The notes: a model not told the origin generated them from the sequence alone. A stretch of 63,671 nt of DNA, filler included, from Lenisia limosa (GCA_001655205.1; 8 parts of 8 records of this genome joined end to end with filler, not necessarily neighbours in it); one strand, 5' to 3'; positions 23,001 to 41,773 are shown, counted from the whole stretch's first letter. A program made the numbers and translations.

Positions 23001-25349
23001 GGTGGCCAGTATCATTCCACAAGACAGATCCCTAAATTGCCTCACATCGTTAGACTATGTTCTTCGCGACATCCTCTCAGCAGACCTCTTCGACTGTTCG
23101 GGGTGTAGCAGTGTCACTGATCTGACAACTAAGGTGTTTTGTAAGGTTTGGAAGGGAATAGCGATAATCACCATGGGTTATCCTTTGTTTCAGTATGCCT
23201 GAGTTATTCTATCACAACACCCTTTGTTTCAGTATGCCTGAGTTATTACATTCCTTCTTTAGTTTAATGATACAAACCGCTAGTTGTTCACTACTACTTC
23301 TCATCGAAAGAATCTCCATTATTTCATGCACATCTGCTAAACAACATTATCAAAAGTTCAACCATTTCAAATTATCTTTTTCCGAGTCTCTTTCCACAAA
23401 TCATACAAACCTTTTTTTTTCTTTCAAGCTAATCCTTACCCATTTCCATAGCATATCTACTCACTCCACAGGTTGAGGCTGACCCCCGACCTGTTCTTGT
23501 CACCAAATTTGACATGCCTTCCAGTTGGGGGGGAGGGGAGTATTAAGAATAATAATACTAGATAGTTTATTTTCTATACTTGAAACGGAATTTTAAATAA
23601 ATCTTCACCCAAATCACAATTTTTTTGCTGATACCGAAGAGACATAGTCACTCATATAAACCCATTATCACCCTTTAAACCCCCCAGCGAGCGGGGAGGT
23701 GGTCACCTCAGTTCTCCGCGAGGCCATTGTGCACCCCTCAGTCGATCTCAGCAGGCTCATGGTGGAACACAAGGTGACATTTCTGGGCCCCCTTTTTTTT
23801 TTTTTTTTAATAGATTCAAAGATATTTTCAGATATTTATCAAGGAAGCACTATCCCACGTCTTCGTTACTCCTGACTTTTTAGGTGAGCAGCCAGCCCCC
23901 GTCCGGAGTGCACGTCCTGGCATCTTTTCCCGCAACCGCGCTGACGACTGAGCCCCCCATTAGAGGCTTCTACCAGTCCAACGTGAGATGATACCTGGGG
24001 GAATCAACACGATACTCTTATCAATGACCCGATTAATAAGTCCCTTGTTAATCCTTTCCTAGAAAGTCTCAGAAACTGAGACTAAGGTGCTAGTCCAGTT
24101 AAAGTTCTCCAAAGACCTGCCCCAATCTGTGGGGGGTATAAGGAAGTTCAATGAACAATAAGCAATCAACATTTAACTGATGAAACAACATAACATTGTA
24201 ATATCACCTGATATCCATTATGATCTGCGTAACCTCACCAGTTTGAGCGACTATCCGCCGAGTTCTACTGTCCCTCAGAATCGACAGTGGTCAACGTGCA
24301 ATCAGAAGCCAGTCACGGCCATCTTTCTCAGACACACGGCAAGCCTCATTTCCTCTGGAACCTTGGTTGGGGGCAGGACTTGTTTCATATCATATGTACC
24401 AAAATGTCCAAACTAGAAGATGTGTTGAGAAAGAGAGGGAAGCGTCCTTCACCGCCCAGGTAAACGTCTACCTGATTCGTTGGAATGCCGCCTGTCTCTT
24501 TCGGTTCAGTTTCGGGACCCCTCAGCTGTCTGGCTGGATAAGGTACCAGGATTAGTCCCTTTTTGAGGTGCTTTATTTTCGGTTCCCGGTCATACAATAC
24601 CGAAAATTCAGCCTTTTTGGAACGATGTCACACTATCATTTATCAAACAAGCAAAGAAATACAGTTATTAAAAAGTCTTGACTGGCATGAATCGAAACCC
24701 CTTCACACAAATTGGTCAAGACTACCGTGACGATTCAGTTCTATGCAAGCCAAGCAGGCAGCCAAGACGAGCCCCAAAACTCGCCACTCACAAGGGGGCA
24801 CTGTGTCCAGGTACGGGGGTGGTGCAAAGAGTCATCACTTTTGATTGGCAATAGGGAGTAATGGGTGGGGGAGGTGGAATAACTTCAAAAGTATTTCTCC
24901 ATCTAACCTATATACCAATCACCTGTTTTCCTCTTGATTTCTTGTTTGTTTTGTGAGAGGATTAATCTCATCCTATTGTAGGTGCACCTTAAAGCCTCCG
25001 CCCAACACTCACTTTCCCACATCTCTGTCGATACCTCCATGGTTCGCCAAGGAATTGATAAAATAAACGTTGACCGTTTTTTATTCTTTTGCTCTTTCAC
25101 TAGTGGGCTTTTTCACACTTTAGGTCACCATCACCACCCGTCCTCCTCCGCCCCATCATAAGGTTTGTTCTTTAGTGGTGGCGATTACCTTCTCTCTTCT
25201 TTTTTTTTTAATATGATATTATTTGTTTGTTCTTTCATCAGTTCCCACCCCAGCCCCACGCCTCCTCAGTCCTGCATGAGATCACGGGGTCATCACTACG
25301 CATTTGGAAGTCAGGGCTTCAGCCGGACTTCGCTCTGCCAACTGTGTAA
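20049..25349 (+). CDS. AP5M1: AP-5 complex subunit mu-1 homolog
   Basis: Spliced segments match remembered AP5M motifs: MALSLRALFAVNRRGKVVHSKRWP (cf. RALWI..VVFSRRFP), AGNAAFVPLESDIFIGRALME (cf. GASYVPVPEDGPFLKALLFE), LREAIVHPSV (LQDILVHPCV), EPPIRGFYQ (PPILGFYQ), HEITGSSLRIWKS...LPTV-TAA (ISSDYYIWNS). Some exons lie in N gaps. Confidence 0.78.
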
Positions 25350-25994
25350 CTAAGCTTTCGTGACAGTTTTATTTATAGGTTTTCAACCCCCCCCCCCCNN
25401 NNNNNNNNNNNNNNNNNNNNNNNNNNNNNNNNNNNNNNNNNNNNNNNNNNNNNNNNNNNNNNNNNNNNNNNNNNNNNNNNNNNNNNNNNNNNNNNNNATA
25501 TCATGTAGGTTTTTGGGAAGCAGATAGTGGAGTAGTGTATCATATCTTCATATCTCTATCTTATGATGGTTTGGCGTCCTCAATACTAAATATAATACTT
25601 GGGTCATGCTATTTGCTCAGTCAAAATGGGGGGCTGCTGCCGCGGCTGCCGCTGGAAAAACTTCAAAAAAAAAAACTAAAAAAAAACAGCATTACATCTA
25701 CAACTCTTAAACAACTCTGGGTTGAGACATCATCCTAACATCCCCCTCCTCCACATCTACTCCCCTACTCAGTAGAAAAGAGTTGTCAAAAGTTTAAAGT
25801 TAAGATATCAGCATCCATCATAACATCACCCCCCCCCCCNNNNNNNNNNNNNNNNNNNNNNNNNNNNNNNNNNNNNNNNNNNNNNNNNNNNNNNNNNNNN
25901 NNNNNNNNNNNNNNNNNNNNNNNNNNNNNNNNNNNNNNNNNNNNNNNNNNNNNNNNNNNNNNNNNNNNNNNNNNNNNNCTTGGAGGAGTAGAAA

Positions 25995-29822
<3,828 letters not shown>

Positions 29823-30096
29823 TTTCCATCCCCTGCTGCGAGTGGCAACAAGACATCGTTGTGCTGTAGCAATTTCTATTTCGTCGGATTCTTTGAAATA
29901 GAAGTAGTATTTAGGCACGGTACAATCTGAGATCAATTTACTAACTTGTCAACACAATTTCTAAAGGCCTCCAGCATAAATGGGAAATGAATATTGAGAG
30001 TAATCCTATCATAATACCTGATATCATCATACCCTTCATATAATAATTGCATTAGGACTATCAATGACAAAAGAAACAACAACACGGGGAAGGGAA

Positions 30097-33000
30097 TTAG
30101 GTCTCAACCTTCCACACCTTCAGAGTCATATCATCTGACGCAGAAATGACCTACAAAATTAGGTTCATTATGAACAAAGTAATCCAATTGGTTTTTGTTG
30201 CCCACATACATTCCATTATTACATGTTACCCCCCACCCCTTGAATCCCACAAAAGAGAATGTGTCATAACATTGAATCATTATTTCACTCCGCCTAAGCG
30301 TACTCATTCCCATATACGATACAATTTCCTATCCTCTCTCATAACAAGTACATCCCGCCCCACACACGTAGTCATTACTGCCTTCAGAGTACCACGTCAC
30401 ACTGTTAATGTCCATCTCATGCCCATTCTCCTCTCTTCCAATTTCTTTCAGGGTGTATTTACCCTCAACTTGGGACTACATTGTTAAAACTAAAACAGAA
30501 AAAGTAGAGTAAAATGATGCAATGAAGGAAATCAAAGTCGGAAAGGGGAAAGGCACTTGAATCATTGGAAACTTGGGGTTCTGGCTACCCAGGTTTGCCT
30601 TGAATTGTCTCTACTGATGGAGTACTGGACTAAGTGAATTTGGTGAGGACTTCTTTCGCTTGATTTCTTATTTGTGAGATATAATAATGAATATTTCCTT
30701 CTATTTACTGAGACTATACTTCTACAATTCCTCTGTTCACCTTATTTTAGGAAGCACAACGCTGTATCGGCGAAATGATACCGTAATGGTGTTCTCCACC
30801 TCCTCTCAGAAGATGGAGGGTGCGAAGCTATTGTCAATGATATATTGCTTTTAAGAGACAGTTCATAATACCAGAGTAGCGTTAGTAACACATGCAAAAT
30901 GTCACATGCTATGAACGCGAAAGAGAAGCGTATGTAGCCGCAAAGGATGTTCTACCAAATACCACCAGTGTGACTGCTCACAAGTATTGTGTTATATTTA
31001 AATCAGCATTTGTGCCAATCATTTAAAGCTACAAAGAGCGAATTTTGTGGTCCAAGGCATATACTGTACATAGACCTTTTGAAAACAACGATCGTGTTTT
31101 AGCAGGACACTGCCCCTCTCTTATGGGAAGGTCCATGCCTCTAACGACTCTCCACTTCCGTACACAGTTCCCAGTAAGAATAATGGTTGATAGTGGTAAA
31201 TCACCTTTTGTGGGTTTGTTACATATAGTATGTAGCATTAGTGACCGTAAGGAAGCCCTGGAAATATACAATTACTAAAATGAGAAAAATATTATGAAAC
31301 AGCTGTAACAACAGAAAGGAGAAAATAAAAGGAGTAAGGTTGGCACCATGTAGAAATGAGAAATAAAGGCCACCCTCCATTTTGTTTGTATATTTACACT
31401 TTCAAACCCAGCAAACCACTTCGAAGACAGCGACACTGTTATCACCTGCCCCCACAGCCACCAGCGGCTTTGTGGGGTGCCATTGGACACTGTAAATGGT
31501 CCGTGTGGCGGCCTGCTCCTTCACAAGGACTTCCTGCCATTTGGAGTGTGGGTTGGATACTACAAGAGGTCAGGAATGATTTGCTGAATTTACTTGTAGT
31601 TGGTAAGCAAAAATCACAAGATTGAAGGATTACTGCTCCTAATATTGTATCCGAAGCATAAGAATATGTACTCCATTTAGCTTGTACCTTGCTCACACCC
31701 ACCATCTTCGGCTTGGTAAAAACGGAGACTACACGAATCTCCTGAATAGTGAATTGATGGATGTGAGGAATAAAATAACTCGTGACAGTAAAATATCAAT
31801 GATGTTGTTCAAATCTCTTCAAGCTTCAATGTAAAAAGAATCTTTACCCATGATGCAGAGTGGCTGTTTCAACAGCATTTACCCCCCACCTGCAGAGGCA
31901 AGAAGGCCAGTTGAGGGCTGGAATGACACGGTCCACACTGTGGCCTCGTGGCCTACTGGGTTAGAGGAGGGGGAGGGCAAGGCGGGTGGGAGAGATACTA
32001 TCAATTAAATGGGGGGCTTTCCTCAACAAAATAGCTACAACAAAAGACAATNNNNNNNNNNNNNNNNNNNNNNNNNNNNNNNNNNNNNNNNNNNNNNNNN
32101 NNNNNNNNNNNNNNNNNNNNNNNNNNNNNNNNCTTGAGCGTTACAGGTTGGAGGTTGGACCCTTTCCACACGTTTACCAAGGTGTGAATTTAAGTTATGT
32201 TAGGTACCTATTTGATATTAAATCGATATGTAGTAGCTATATAAAGAAATAAGTATGATATGTATATATTAGCAATGAGAAATAATTAATAAGGTTGTAT
32301 NNNNNNNNNNNNNNNNNNNNNNNNNNNNNNNNNNNNNNNNNNNNNNNNNNNNNNNNNNNNNNNNNNNNNNNNNNNNNNNNNNNNNNNNNNNNNNNNNNNN
32401 NNNAATCATTTGCCTTATAACTTTGTGCACACAGCTGGTAACCCCAGAGACAATCTGGATACGACTATTGCTGCTCCAATGGATAGATTGACCCTGACCT
32501 TACCTTTGATGAAGGGTGGAAGGCCACTTGCTTCACGTCCTGGGTGTGGCTATGGAGAACTGAAAGACAGTCCAACTCCTCAGCCGGGTCCACTGAATAT
32601 GTTATTACTACAAAATACATGATCAGATGTGAGTGTTTATGATGTTTTCAAGTGAGGAGAGGATGGAGAAATGAGGAGAAGGTCCCCAGCCCACTCTCCC
32701 AGATCCAGACAGATTTATCGCGGCCGCATGTGGCAAGCAGCTTGCCATCCGGGCTCCAAGCCACACTCTTGACCTCGTTCTCATGACCTTCAAGGGACGA
32801 CAGGCAGTCGTATTCTGAGGGGGGGGGGTCAAATAAATGCATAGATTTCATAAACTGTTCCATGCGTTTGAAGGCATCGAATGATGTGTCTCTTTATGAT
32901 TCAAAGTGCCTCCACATGTGACAAACACTCCAATATCCATTATAATATAAAATGTAGAAGGAAGATTATACTCTATCTATTACGTCCAATCAACTTGCCA

Positions 33001-34109
33001 TATTTCCCCCATACGTGTGCCGACTTGCCATATTGCCACAGTCCCATCAAAAGACCCTGCGGCCAGCATCAGCCCATTGGGAGTCCTGCAATATCAGACC
33101 AAAGGAAGGGGGGGGGGGTACACTGTGGAGTTGAATGTTTTGGTTTTTATAGATATGAGTGTGATCGTATTCAACAGGGACTGTCCTTAGGAAAGAATGG
33201 AAATATATAGCAAAAATATTTTTGAAAAGAGTAAGAAGACGCAAATAAGAGAGATAATCTCAGAAATAAATATGAAAAAATGTCTCTCACAGTTCTACGC
33301 TTCCCATCTTACCATGAGATCTCTCTGATAGTTCTGCTCTGCTCGCTTTTCAGCTCGGACTCACAGACAAATGTCAGTCCTTCTTCAGTCTCCAATGCCT
33401 GCCAAAGTAAGCGGAGAGAATAAACAGGTACCAAAAAAACAGCTCACATATATATGTATATTGATATACTATTATCCTATACTATAAACATATCATGATA
33501 TATGTATACATATCATGTACAGTAGATATATGATAGATACATATCTATATGCATTTCATAAAACGTGATATATTTTTGTTCTATGCAGATTGATATGCAA
33601 TAAGTGAAAAAAAAGGTTTCAGCCCTAGCTGGTGGTTCAACCAGGTTAACTTCAGTATCCCACCTTCCAAATGCGGATTGTTTTATCGCCGCCACAGGAG
33701 GCCAGAACTCCCTTGCTGGACACAGCTACGTCCCACACTCGCTCCGTGTGTCCTGGTAGATTTTTAAGTAAAAATGTTGAATGAGTCCAAGTTAGGTTAA
33801 GAGTGCCCAAAAGAAAAAAGAAAACGTAAAAATGTCGGAAACGTAAACTATCCAATATGATAAAAAATGCCGACGAATGAAAAAGGTTCTCAGGTCACAT
33901 ATCAAGTTGAACAGGAAGGCGACAGAAAGATAAATGAAGAGACAAAAAAACACAATAAATGTCCCAATGTCTCGAATTCGATTGGGCATAAGATCATTAA
34001 ATCACATTAGATAATTTAATTACATTATTTCAGCTTTCAATATCCCCTATTCACTGCATTACAACATGGTTAGCAAACCGGTGAGTGTGCACACTGCAGA
34101 AATAGTCAT
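30097..34109 (-). CDS. CIAO1: Cytosolic Fe-S assembly WD40 protein CIAO1/Cia1
   Basis: [39 protein letters not shown]; [10 protein letters not shown]; [13 protein letters not shown]; [37 protein letters not shown]; [14 protein letters not shown]; [11 protein letters not shown]; [11 protein letters not shown]; [11 protein letters not shown]; [18 protein letters not shown]. Confidence 0.93.
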
Positions 34110-34480
34110 CTTTCGTATCGGTCTGTGTTGCTTGTTTTCTGGCTTATTCCTCTGTATATCCAAGTAATTTGTTGTATTATGTTACAAGCACGTGTAAAGA
34201 GGTCTGATTGGCGCTCCACAGAGAAAAGGAGGAAGGCCGGTACGGGGGTTTATTTTATTTGTAAAATGAAAATGGAACGGAAAGCATAATTTAACCATCT
34301 GAATACACGTAATTACATACAAGAAGCTTATATCAGTGAAGGTAAGAGTAAAAAAGAACCGGTAGCACACAACAGCAAGCGATCCTTATATCGGGCGAGT
34401 CTGAGCTTGGCGGCCCCTCTCGTCTTCCACCGCTGTCATTATTGGCAATGAACCTAATTTGATCGACCTTGACTGCAGAA

Positions 34481-37400
34481 ATGGCGACACCATACCGCTG
34501 CAGGTTTGCTGACTCTTCGCCCCATTATTCCCAGCCGGATGGCAAGTGTTTCGTGAATAGAGTCTAATTTTCTCCGTTTTTTTGACATTGTGAAAAAGCC
34601 ATCTAGTATCACTCAGATACATACTCTTTCTGCTGGTTTTCTTGAGCTCATCTTGAATCTTTGTGACTCTCCGATCTATACTTCACGTCTTTGTTGTATG
34701 ATATTCAGACCCCCCCCCCTCGCCATAAATTCCCATTTCTCTTGGGCATGATGGGGTATGATACTGAAGAAGCGATTGGCTTGGGTTTTGTTTTTTGTTT
34801 TTCAAACTGCCATGTCTTTTCAATTTAGCCAACTGGCTGGATTGTAGGATACTTTTTTTGTTTCATAAACTGTCCACCTTACCCCCCTCCCCCCAGGGAG
34901 TGTTCCCTTAGTTTTGAGACGGAAGACAAGCTACGGCGGCACAAGGACAAGTTCTGCGTGTCATCGAAATATGCCGACCCAGTACGGGCAAGAATGGACC
35001 TGATTGAGGGCGAGGTGTGTGTGGGGGNNNNNNNNNNNNNNNNNNNNNNNNNNNNNNNNNNNNNNNNNNNNNNNNNNNNNNNNNNNNNNNNNNNNNNNNN
35101 NNNNNNNNNNNNNNNNCGATAGTTTTCGAGAATTTATCGAGAAATTCGGTCTTTTTTTCGAACCGAAGTGAAGCCCAAGCAGTACCACTCATGTCTGCAT
35201 CACGATGGCATTCTAACCCGCAGAATCGCGCTCGAAACTACAACGATCTAGCAGCTCAGCCTCCTCTGGTGAGCTGCGGGGGGGGGGGGGGGAANNNNNN
35301 NNNNNNNNNNNNNNNNNNNNNNNNNNNNNNNNNNNNNNNNNNNNNNNNNNNNNNNNNNNNNNNNNNNNNNNNNNNNNNNNNNNNNNNNNNNNNNNNNNNN
35401 NNNNNNNNNNNNNNNNNNNNNNNNNNNNNNNNNNNNNNNNNNNNNNNNNNNNNNNNNNNNNNNNNNNNNNNNNNNNNNNNNNNNNNNNNNNNNNNNNNNN
35501 NNNNNNNNNNNNNNNNNNNNNNNNNNNNNNNNNNNNNNNNNNNNNNNNNNNNNNNNNNNNNNNNNNNNNNNNNNNNNNNNNNNNNNNNNNNNNNNNNNTA
35601 CCGACAAAAGTGGTGTTGTTTTTGAAGAAATATGTAGCTGAAGGGGAATGGGACCACCACTTCCTTATATCCCGCTTTGAATTGCCCAATTTATTCCCAT
35701 GTTCATCCAGTCAAAGAATACAAAGTGTCCATTTGCGTTGATGTCGAAATTCCTTTTTGGATCAAATTAAGCTTGTACTTATTCCTCCCCAGCCCCCTCC
35801 TGGATCGCATAACAAAGGAGCAAAGCAAAGAAGAGAAAATGTTCGCGGGGCTCTTTTCTTTGGCTACTCTATTAGCTACTATATATCATATGATATCCTA
35901 TATTATAATTATAGAAATATATTGCACCTTTTGTCATTTTGTTAGTCATTCCAATACCATTCCCCTTCTTTACATTCGCGATGGTTAAGTAATATATAAT
36001 GGCCTATGGGTGGATCAGTTATTCGTATCAGCTCATTGCACAGCAGAAACACCCCGAATAAAGTAAATCAAACAGAACCTTGATACTTGTGATACATATC
36101 TGGATTATTGTTACAATCGCAGGAGGAGCTTGAGATGTTGCGACTGATAGACAAACTCCAGACGGATAAGGAGAAGACTACTAGAGCCGCTATGGACAAG
36201 GACCGCGCGCGTGCCGGGATAAAGGTGCGGGGGTTGACTTAGTGCACATCAAAACTGAAGCTTGAAATAAAACTATATATATCAAAGCATCTCAAGTTCA
36301 TTATTACTAGGGTGCACGGCCGCAGGATTTGGCGCAACTTGAACGCACGCGTACGCAAGAAGTTGAGAACCTCCGGGCCAGACAGGCGGGTGTTGATGAT
36401 GCTGTTGCCCAGGCCGAGCGCCAAGTGCGGGGGCTGAGGCTTCTTAAATTATTGATATTGTTCGAGAACTTATCGAAATGAGCCGAAATAACCTTCTTGC
36501 TATAAAATATCAAATATTTGGTTATTATGGTATTCTAAAGTAGTCATTTCTTTAAAATTTGATCGTTTTACACATGCCTAATATGGTAATAACCTCGCCA
36601 GGTCCGACAACTTCAGGCCGACCTTGTGAACAAGGAGAAAGCCTTTAGGTGGGGGAGTGTTTTGTAGGTTCTCCAGGACTGACTTGATGATTACCTTTCT
36701 CTCTTGCTTTCAAGAGAACTACATGCTGGGTAACAGTAATATTGATTTTGGAGTTTTTTTATTGATGTCATCTACCACCCGCTGTTTGTTGCCCATGCTG
36801 TTTTCACAGGGTAGGGGAGACCACCAGCAAGGGGGGGACAATTACAGCGCACTCGCCTCGAATTACGTACAGGTCTGGGATGTAGTAGAGATGAGAAATA
36901 TAATAAAGTTGTATTTTAAGTATTGATGAATAAAAACAAGGATGGGAGAATTACTAATTGTCTTGTGAAAGTGATAACACCCATTAACTTTGCTCGATAC
37001 ATCCTTTTACCTTTTTCGCCTTCCGTGCCAGTTCATGCCCAAATCTCCCCTTCATCCTCTCCCTCACCCCCCAGAACCAGGAGCAGCATGAGCGCGCAAT
37101 GCGCCAAGGTCAGGACCTTGCTGCATACCAAATGAAGCGTGACCAGTGGGATGGGGTACATGAAATGATGAATCCAAGGATACAAATTCATATGGACAAT
37201 GCCAGAAACAACAAAAACAAATGCAGCTGTTTGAGGTTATTCGAATCGACGAGTAAGGTTATTCAAGAGAAGAGGGAGAAAAACAGTGAGTCTCCAATTG
37301 GGATCTACCTGGGTGGCTCGATGATGCCATTCTTTCACTAGTAGAATTATTTAGAATTATTCTAATTATTATGAAATCAAAATCCTTAAAACGTTATTAT

Positions 37401-40400
37401 TTTCAACGCTCGTGGCTTTAGAATTCTTTGTTACCCGCTAACTTGGTGCAGGCTCATGCAGCAAAGGGATCAAATCTCAGCCCGACAGAAATCCGGGGGT
37501 TACCGCTCTAAGTCCGTGAACGACGTAGGATCGGGGTGTTATGGGACTATGGGGTGAGGTTCAGCGAGCCTTGTGTTATAACAAGGTCACATGAAACCCT
37601 TGGCTCTACTATAAATGGGAAAAACGGACAGCTTGCCTCATTCCTGCACTACTGATCTCTCTTTAGGCCCCTCAAGGTAATAACCTTCCATCTCTCACCC
37701 CAGGCAAACACGGATTGGTTGGAGGGTTGTAGTGCGTATCTCAGGCTCAAATAAAGACTGTATTTCTTGATAGATTACGATTTGGAGGCCCTAATTATAC
37801 ATTAAAAGTTGAAAGGAACAGGTGACACTGTCATTCTATAATAGATTATATAGAAACAGCAACCCTTTTTATACCCACACAGAGGGGCCTTGTTTTTTTG
37901 TGCATTTCAAAACCCTCCTGTGTTCAAATGTCTCAGCTCAGATTTAGGTGTTTATTTGTTGTTCATAAATTTCCTTCGGTAACCCCCCCCCCAGCCCGGC
38001 GACCCCAGGATGCAGGACATGCGACTGAGGCAACAAGCGGAAAATGAGCGCCTTCGCCAAAACCAGCGCGACTATGTGGGGTGTTTATGGGACTATGGGG
38101 GGGGGGGGTGCTATTTCTGTTGGAGTGGGGGACGATCCTTCGGACATTCTTTGAAGTGATCTTATTGAAGATAAAACTCAAGTTAACAAACCAGGCCAAT
38201 CTGTCCAACCAAATGAAGAGTAGACCTAGGTCATCCCAACGTGAGAGAGGGGGGGGGTAAACATAACTTTCCATTGCTTTTATCAGTGTATTTCAACACG
38301 ATTGCCCTAATACTGTAGAAAATGACCCGGTTTTGCAGCACAGACAAAGGGAGTTGGTCACATTGAAGGTGTGCATGGGGACTTTCCTAATAACAAAGTC
38401 GTCCCTATGATTCAAAAAGCATGGCGCGAGTTCTCAAGGACTGATGTTGAATTCGCGTTTACCTTGCTTTTTGAATCATGGGGACGACTGTGGTATCAAG
38501 AAACTTGGGTAGTAATAAAGTGCATCATTGATACAAAATATCAATCCGTTGACCCCCCCCCCCCCNNNNNNNNNNNNNNNNNNNNNNNNNNNNNNNNNNN
38601 NNNNNNNNNNNNNNNNNNNNNNNNNNNNNNNNNNNNNNNNNNNNNNNNNNNNNNNNNNNNNNNNNNNNNNNNNNNNNNNNNNNNNNNNNNNNNNNNNNNN
38701 NNNNNNNNNGTCCACGCAGTCGAAATGGAAATCGAAAACATCCGCCAGAAGGTATTTTAGGGTGTTCTGAAAGCCTGATAACTATGGATGACCTTCTGTC
38801 CGATAAAGAACAACAAAATACTGGTATGTAACGAAGAAATACCAGGAGTTACAGTTTTTTGCGAACTCCAATATGAGTAAAATATTCTATTTGAAATGTC
38901 ATGATATAATATACGTATACTATGCATAATATGTACTTTTTGTAGTATTTTTGAGTCATTGCTACAATGTTCAGTTGAGCTACAAAATGTGTAATAAATA
39001 CTCCCTACATTGAGGATTCGGTTAACCTCTTTCAAAGTCGAAAATAGTCTTTACCCCCCCCCCCCAGCGTAAANNNNNNNNNNNNNNNNNNNNNNNNNNN
39101 NNNNNNNNNNNNNNNNNNNNNNNNNNNNNNNNNNNNNNNNNNNNNNNNNNNNNNNNNNNNNNNNNNNNNNNNNNNNNNNNNNNNNNNNNNNNNNNNNNNN
39201 NNNNNNNNNNNNNNNNNNNNNNNNNNNNNNNNNNNNNNNNNNNNNNNNNNNNNNNNNNNNNNNNNNNNNNNNNNNNNNNNNNNNNNNNNNNNNNNNNNNN
39301 NNNNNNNNNNNNNNNNNNNNNNNNNNNNNNNNNNNNNNNNNNNNNNNNNNNNNNNNNNNNNNNNNTTTTTGAGGGGGAGGGAGGTTGCCCCTCTTCTAAC
39401 TTCCTTTCTCCCCATAACACTGCCATTCCCCGCTACACTCACCAATTTGTTAAGTTTCGTTCGTCGGTTTTACTTTTACTTCTTTTCTCACCCTTCCCCC
39501 CAGAAGCGGCAGCAGCTGCAAGGCGTCCAAGCCCAACAAGCTGCTATCATCCAACATTGTGGGGATTCTACATATATCATATGTAACTACTAGATAGGAT
39601 GTACTTCACCCTAAAAATAACCTAAAACACACACCTGACAACACAGACGCGGCTTACTCCGCCGCGGCCGAAGCCGGGGACCAGCAGGCCCGGGTTGTCC
39701 TTATACAACAGCAGGCTAACATCCAGCTGATAGCCCTCCTGGAGCAGTGAGGGGCTCTCTCTCTCCCGCTTACTAAGAACCATCTTTATCTTTGTAATCT
39801 CCCCAGCCCTCACTCTAATACCCTCGCATGATCTGATATCCCGCATCTTATCCCATGCCCCCAGAGCTATCATGCAAGACCCGCAGCCGGCAGTCGCACA
39901 ACAGCCCCTTGTTCAGTCACAATGTAGGGGTATAATTTGTCTGTTTCTTAGTTCCCCCAACCCGGCCAACCAATTGTTTTTCGTTTTACCTAGCCCTCAC
40001 CCCCCTCCCAGCGTTCTCCCTCGAGCGTAGGTCTCTACCGGAAAATGCAGCGAAACCGAAAAACGCTGAACAGACGTTGGCAGAAGGCCTCAGAGGCAAT
40101 AGGTTGGAGGGAATATTTAATAAAAACGTGTTAGGGGGTGCTAAGGTAAAGAAGGACAGCAGGTGGAGATGTCCGACATGGAAGCAAACAGTGTTTCATA
40201 AAACGCCTACAGAAACCTTTGCCTTTGAGCTCTCTTGCAGATCTCAAGCTTGAACAATAACTTCTCACTTCTGCTTTGTAGTTATATTCCTTATGCTCTG
40301 AGAACTATTATAAAGCACGTCCTCCGTTAAGATATTTTAGCAAAAAATGGCAGCACAGTGTTATGACACCTTTTTAGGGATTATGAGAACCTCCGCAAAG

Positions 40401-40852
40401 ATCACACAATGGAAATGGCTAAACTCAAATTCGAGAAGTTGCGGGGGGGGGGGGNNNNNNNNNNNNNNNNNNNNNNNNNNNNNNNNNNNNNNNNNNNNNN
40501 NNNNNNNNNNNNNNNNNNNNNNNNNNNNNNNNNNNNNNNNNNNNNNNNNNNNNNNNNNNNNNNNNNNNNNNNNNNNNNNNNNNNNNNNNNNNNNNNNNNN
40601 NNNNNNNNNNNNNNNNNNNNNNNNNNNNNNNNNNNNNNNNNNNNNNNNNNNNNNNNNNNNNNNNNNNNNNNNNNNNNNNNNNNNNNNNNNNNNNNNNNNN
40701 NNNNNNNTCAATCTAGGAATGGCTGCAGGAGAAAGAGCGTCAGATCCAAGCTGCTAACGTACAGAACGACCTTCTGAGAGTCCAGGCCGGCGCTCCCATG
40801 ACCCAGCATGTTGATGGCGACTCTGTGGCCCTCTACGTCGATTTCATCACAG
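34481..40852 (+). CDS. CCDC17: CCDC17-like protein (N-terminal Cys/His finger + long coiled coil); 3' truncated
   Basis: Spliced start MATPYRCR|ECSLSFETEDKLRRHKDKFC (cf. CCDC17 CxxCxxxFxxxxLLxxHxxxFC); many coiled-coil exons (EELEMLRLIDKLQ, DLAQLERTRTQEVENLR, HAVEMEIENIRQK, DYENLRKDHTMEMAKLKFEK); last visible exon DGDSVALYVDFITG (cf. GLVIFYDFLRG). The family call is from memory. Confidence 0.6.
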
Positions 40853-40880
40853 GTGGGGGGGGGGGACTATTTGATCTGTT

Positions 40881-40980
40881 NNNNNNNNNNNNNNNNNNNN
40901 NNNNNNNNNNNNNNNNNNNNNNNNTTAATTAATTAANNNNNNNNNNNNNNNNNNNNNNNNNNNNNNNNNNNNNNNNNNNN
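40881..40980. other. Artificial scaffold-joining linker
   Basis: Same 100-nt structure. Confidence 0.97.
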
Positions 40981-41027
40981 TCGCACTCAGGTTGAAATTC
41001 GCACTCAGGTTGGAATTCGCACTCAGG
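40981..41027. repeat. 18-nt tandem repeat (TCGCACTCAGGTTG(A/G)AAT) x ~2.6 at a scaffold start
   Basis: Read directly; probably truncated by the scaffold edge. Confidence 0.7.
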
Positions 41028-41773
41028 GGGGTCGCCTTATGTGTATTGTAACAATTTTTGTGATATTTTGATTTGTGTAATTTATGTGTGTTTTAATAAT
41101 TAATGAGAATTAAAATGCTATATGTGAATTTTAATGATATGAATTATATTGATTTCTGTGTATTATGGTGACTAACGATATAGACAAGCCATGTCAACAT
41201 TCAGCAAAACAATGAAGAATCGGTGTTTACAGTTTTCACAGTGGGTCATTGATTGTCTTTTTGAACAAGAGGAAAAATAAACATTAACAACTGAGGGACA
41301 TATAGCTCAATTCCTCCACGGCATTACTTCAACATCCCCCCATATACATTAATATAGTCANNNNNNNNNNNNNNNNNNNNNNNNNNNNNNNNNNNNNNNN
41401 NNNNNNNNNNNNNNNNNNNNNNNNNNNNNNNNNNNNNNNNNNNNNNNNNNNNNNNNNNNNNNNNNNNNNNNNNNNNNGTGGTAGCAAAGTGAAATGGTTC
41501 TATCATTTTCAACAAGTGTCTTGCTTAATTTGTGATAAGCTGTATCAGAGCTGTAATTAGTGATAAAATTACTGCATCTCTCAGTTAGCCTTGATCACCA
41601 TCAAAATTCACCGCCAAATGTCCATGTTATCGATATTTTTCATCGTGAACCCTCCCCCAGTGCCCAATGAGAGTACTCATTTTATCAAAACAGGCATTAT
41701 ACATTCATCCTACAAATACTGTGTACAAAACTCAAAATGCTCTTACAAATGTATGGTCAGATTCGTCTTGATA

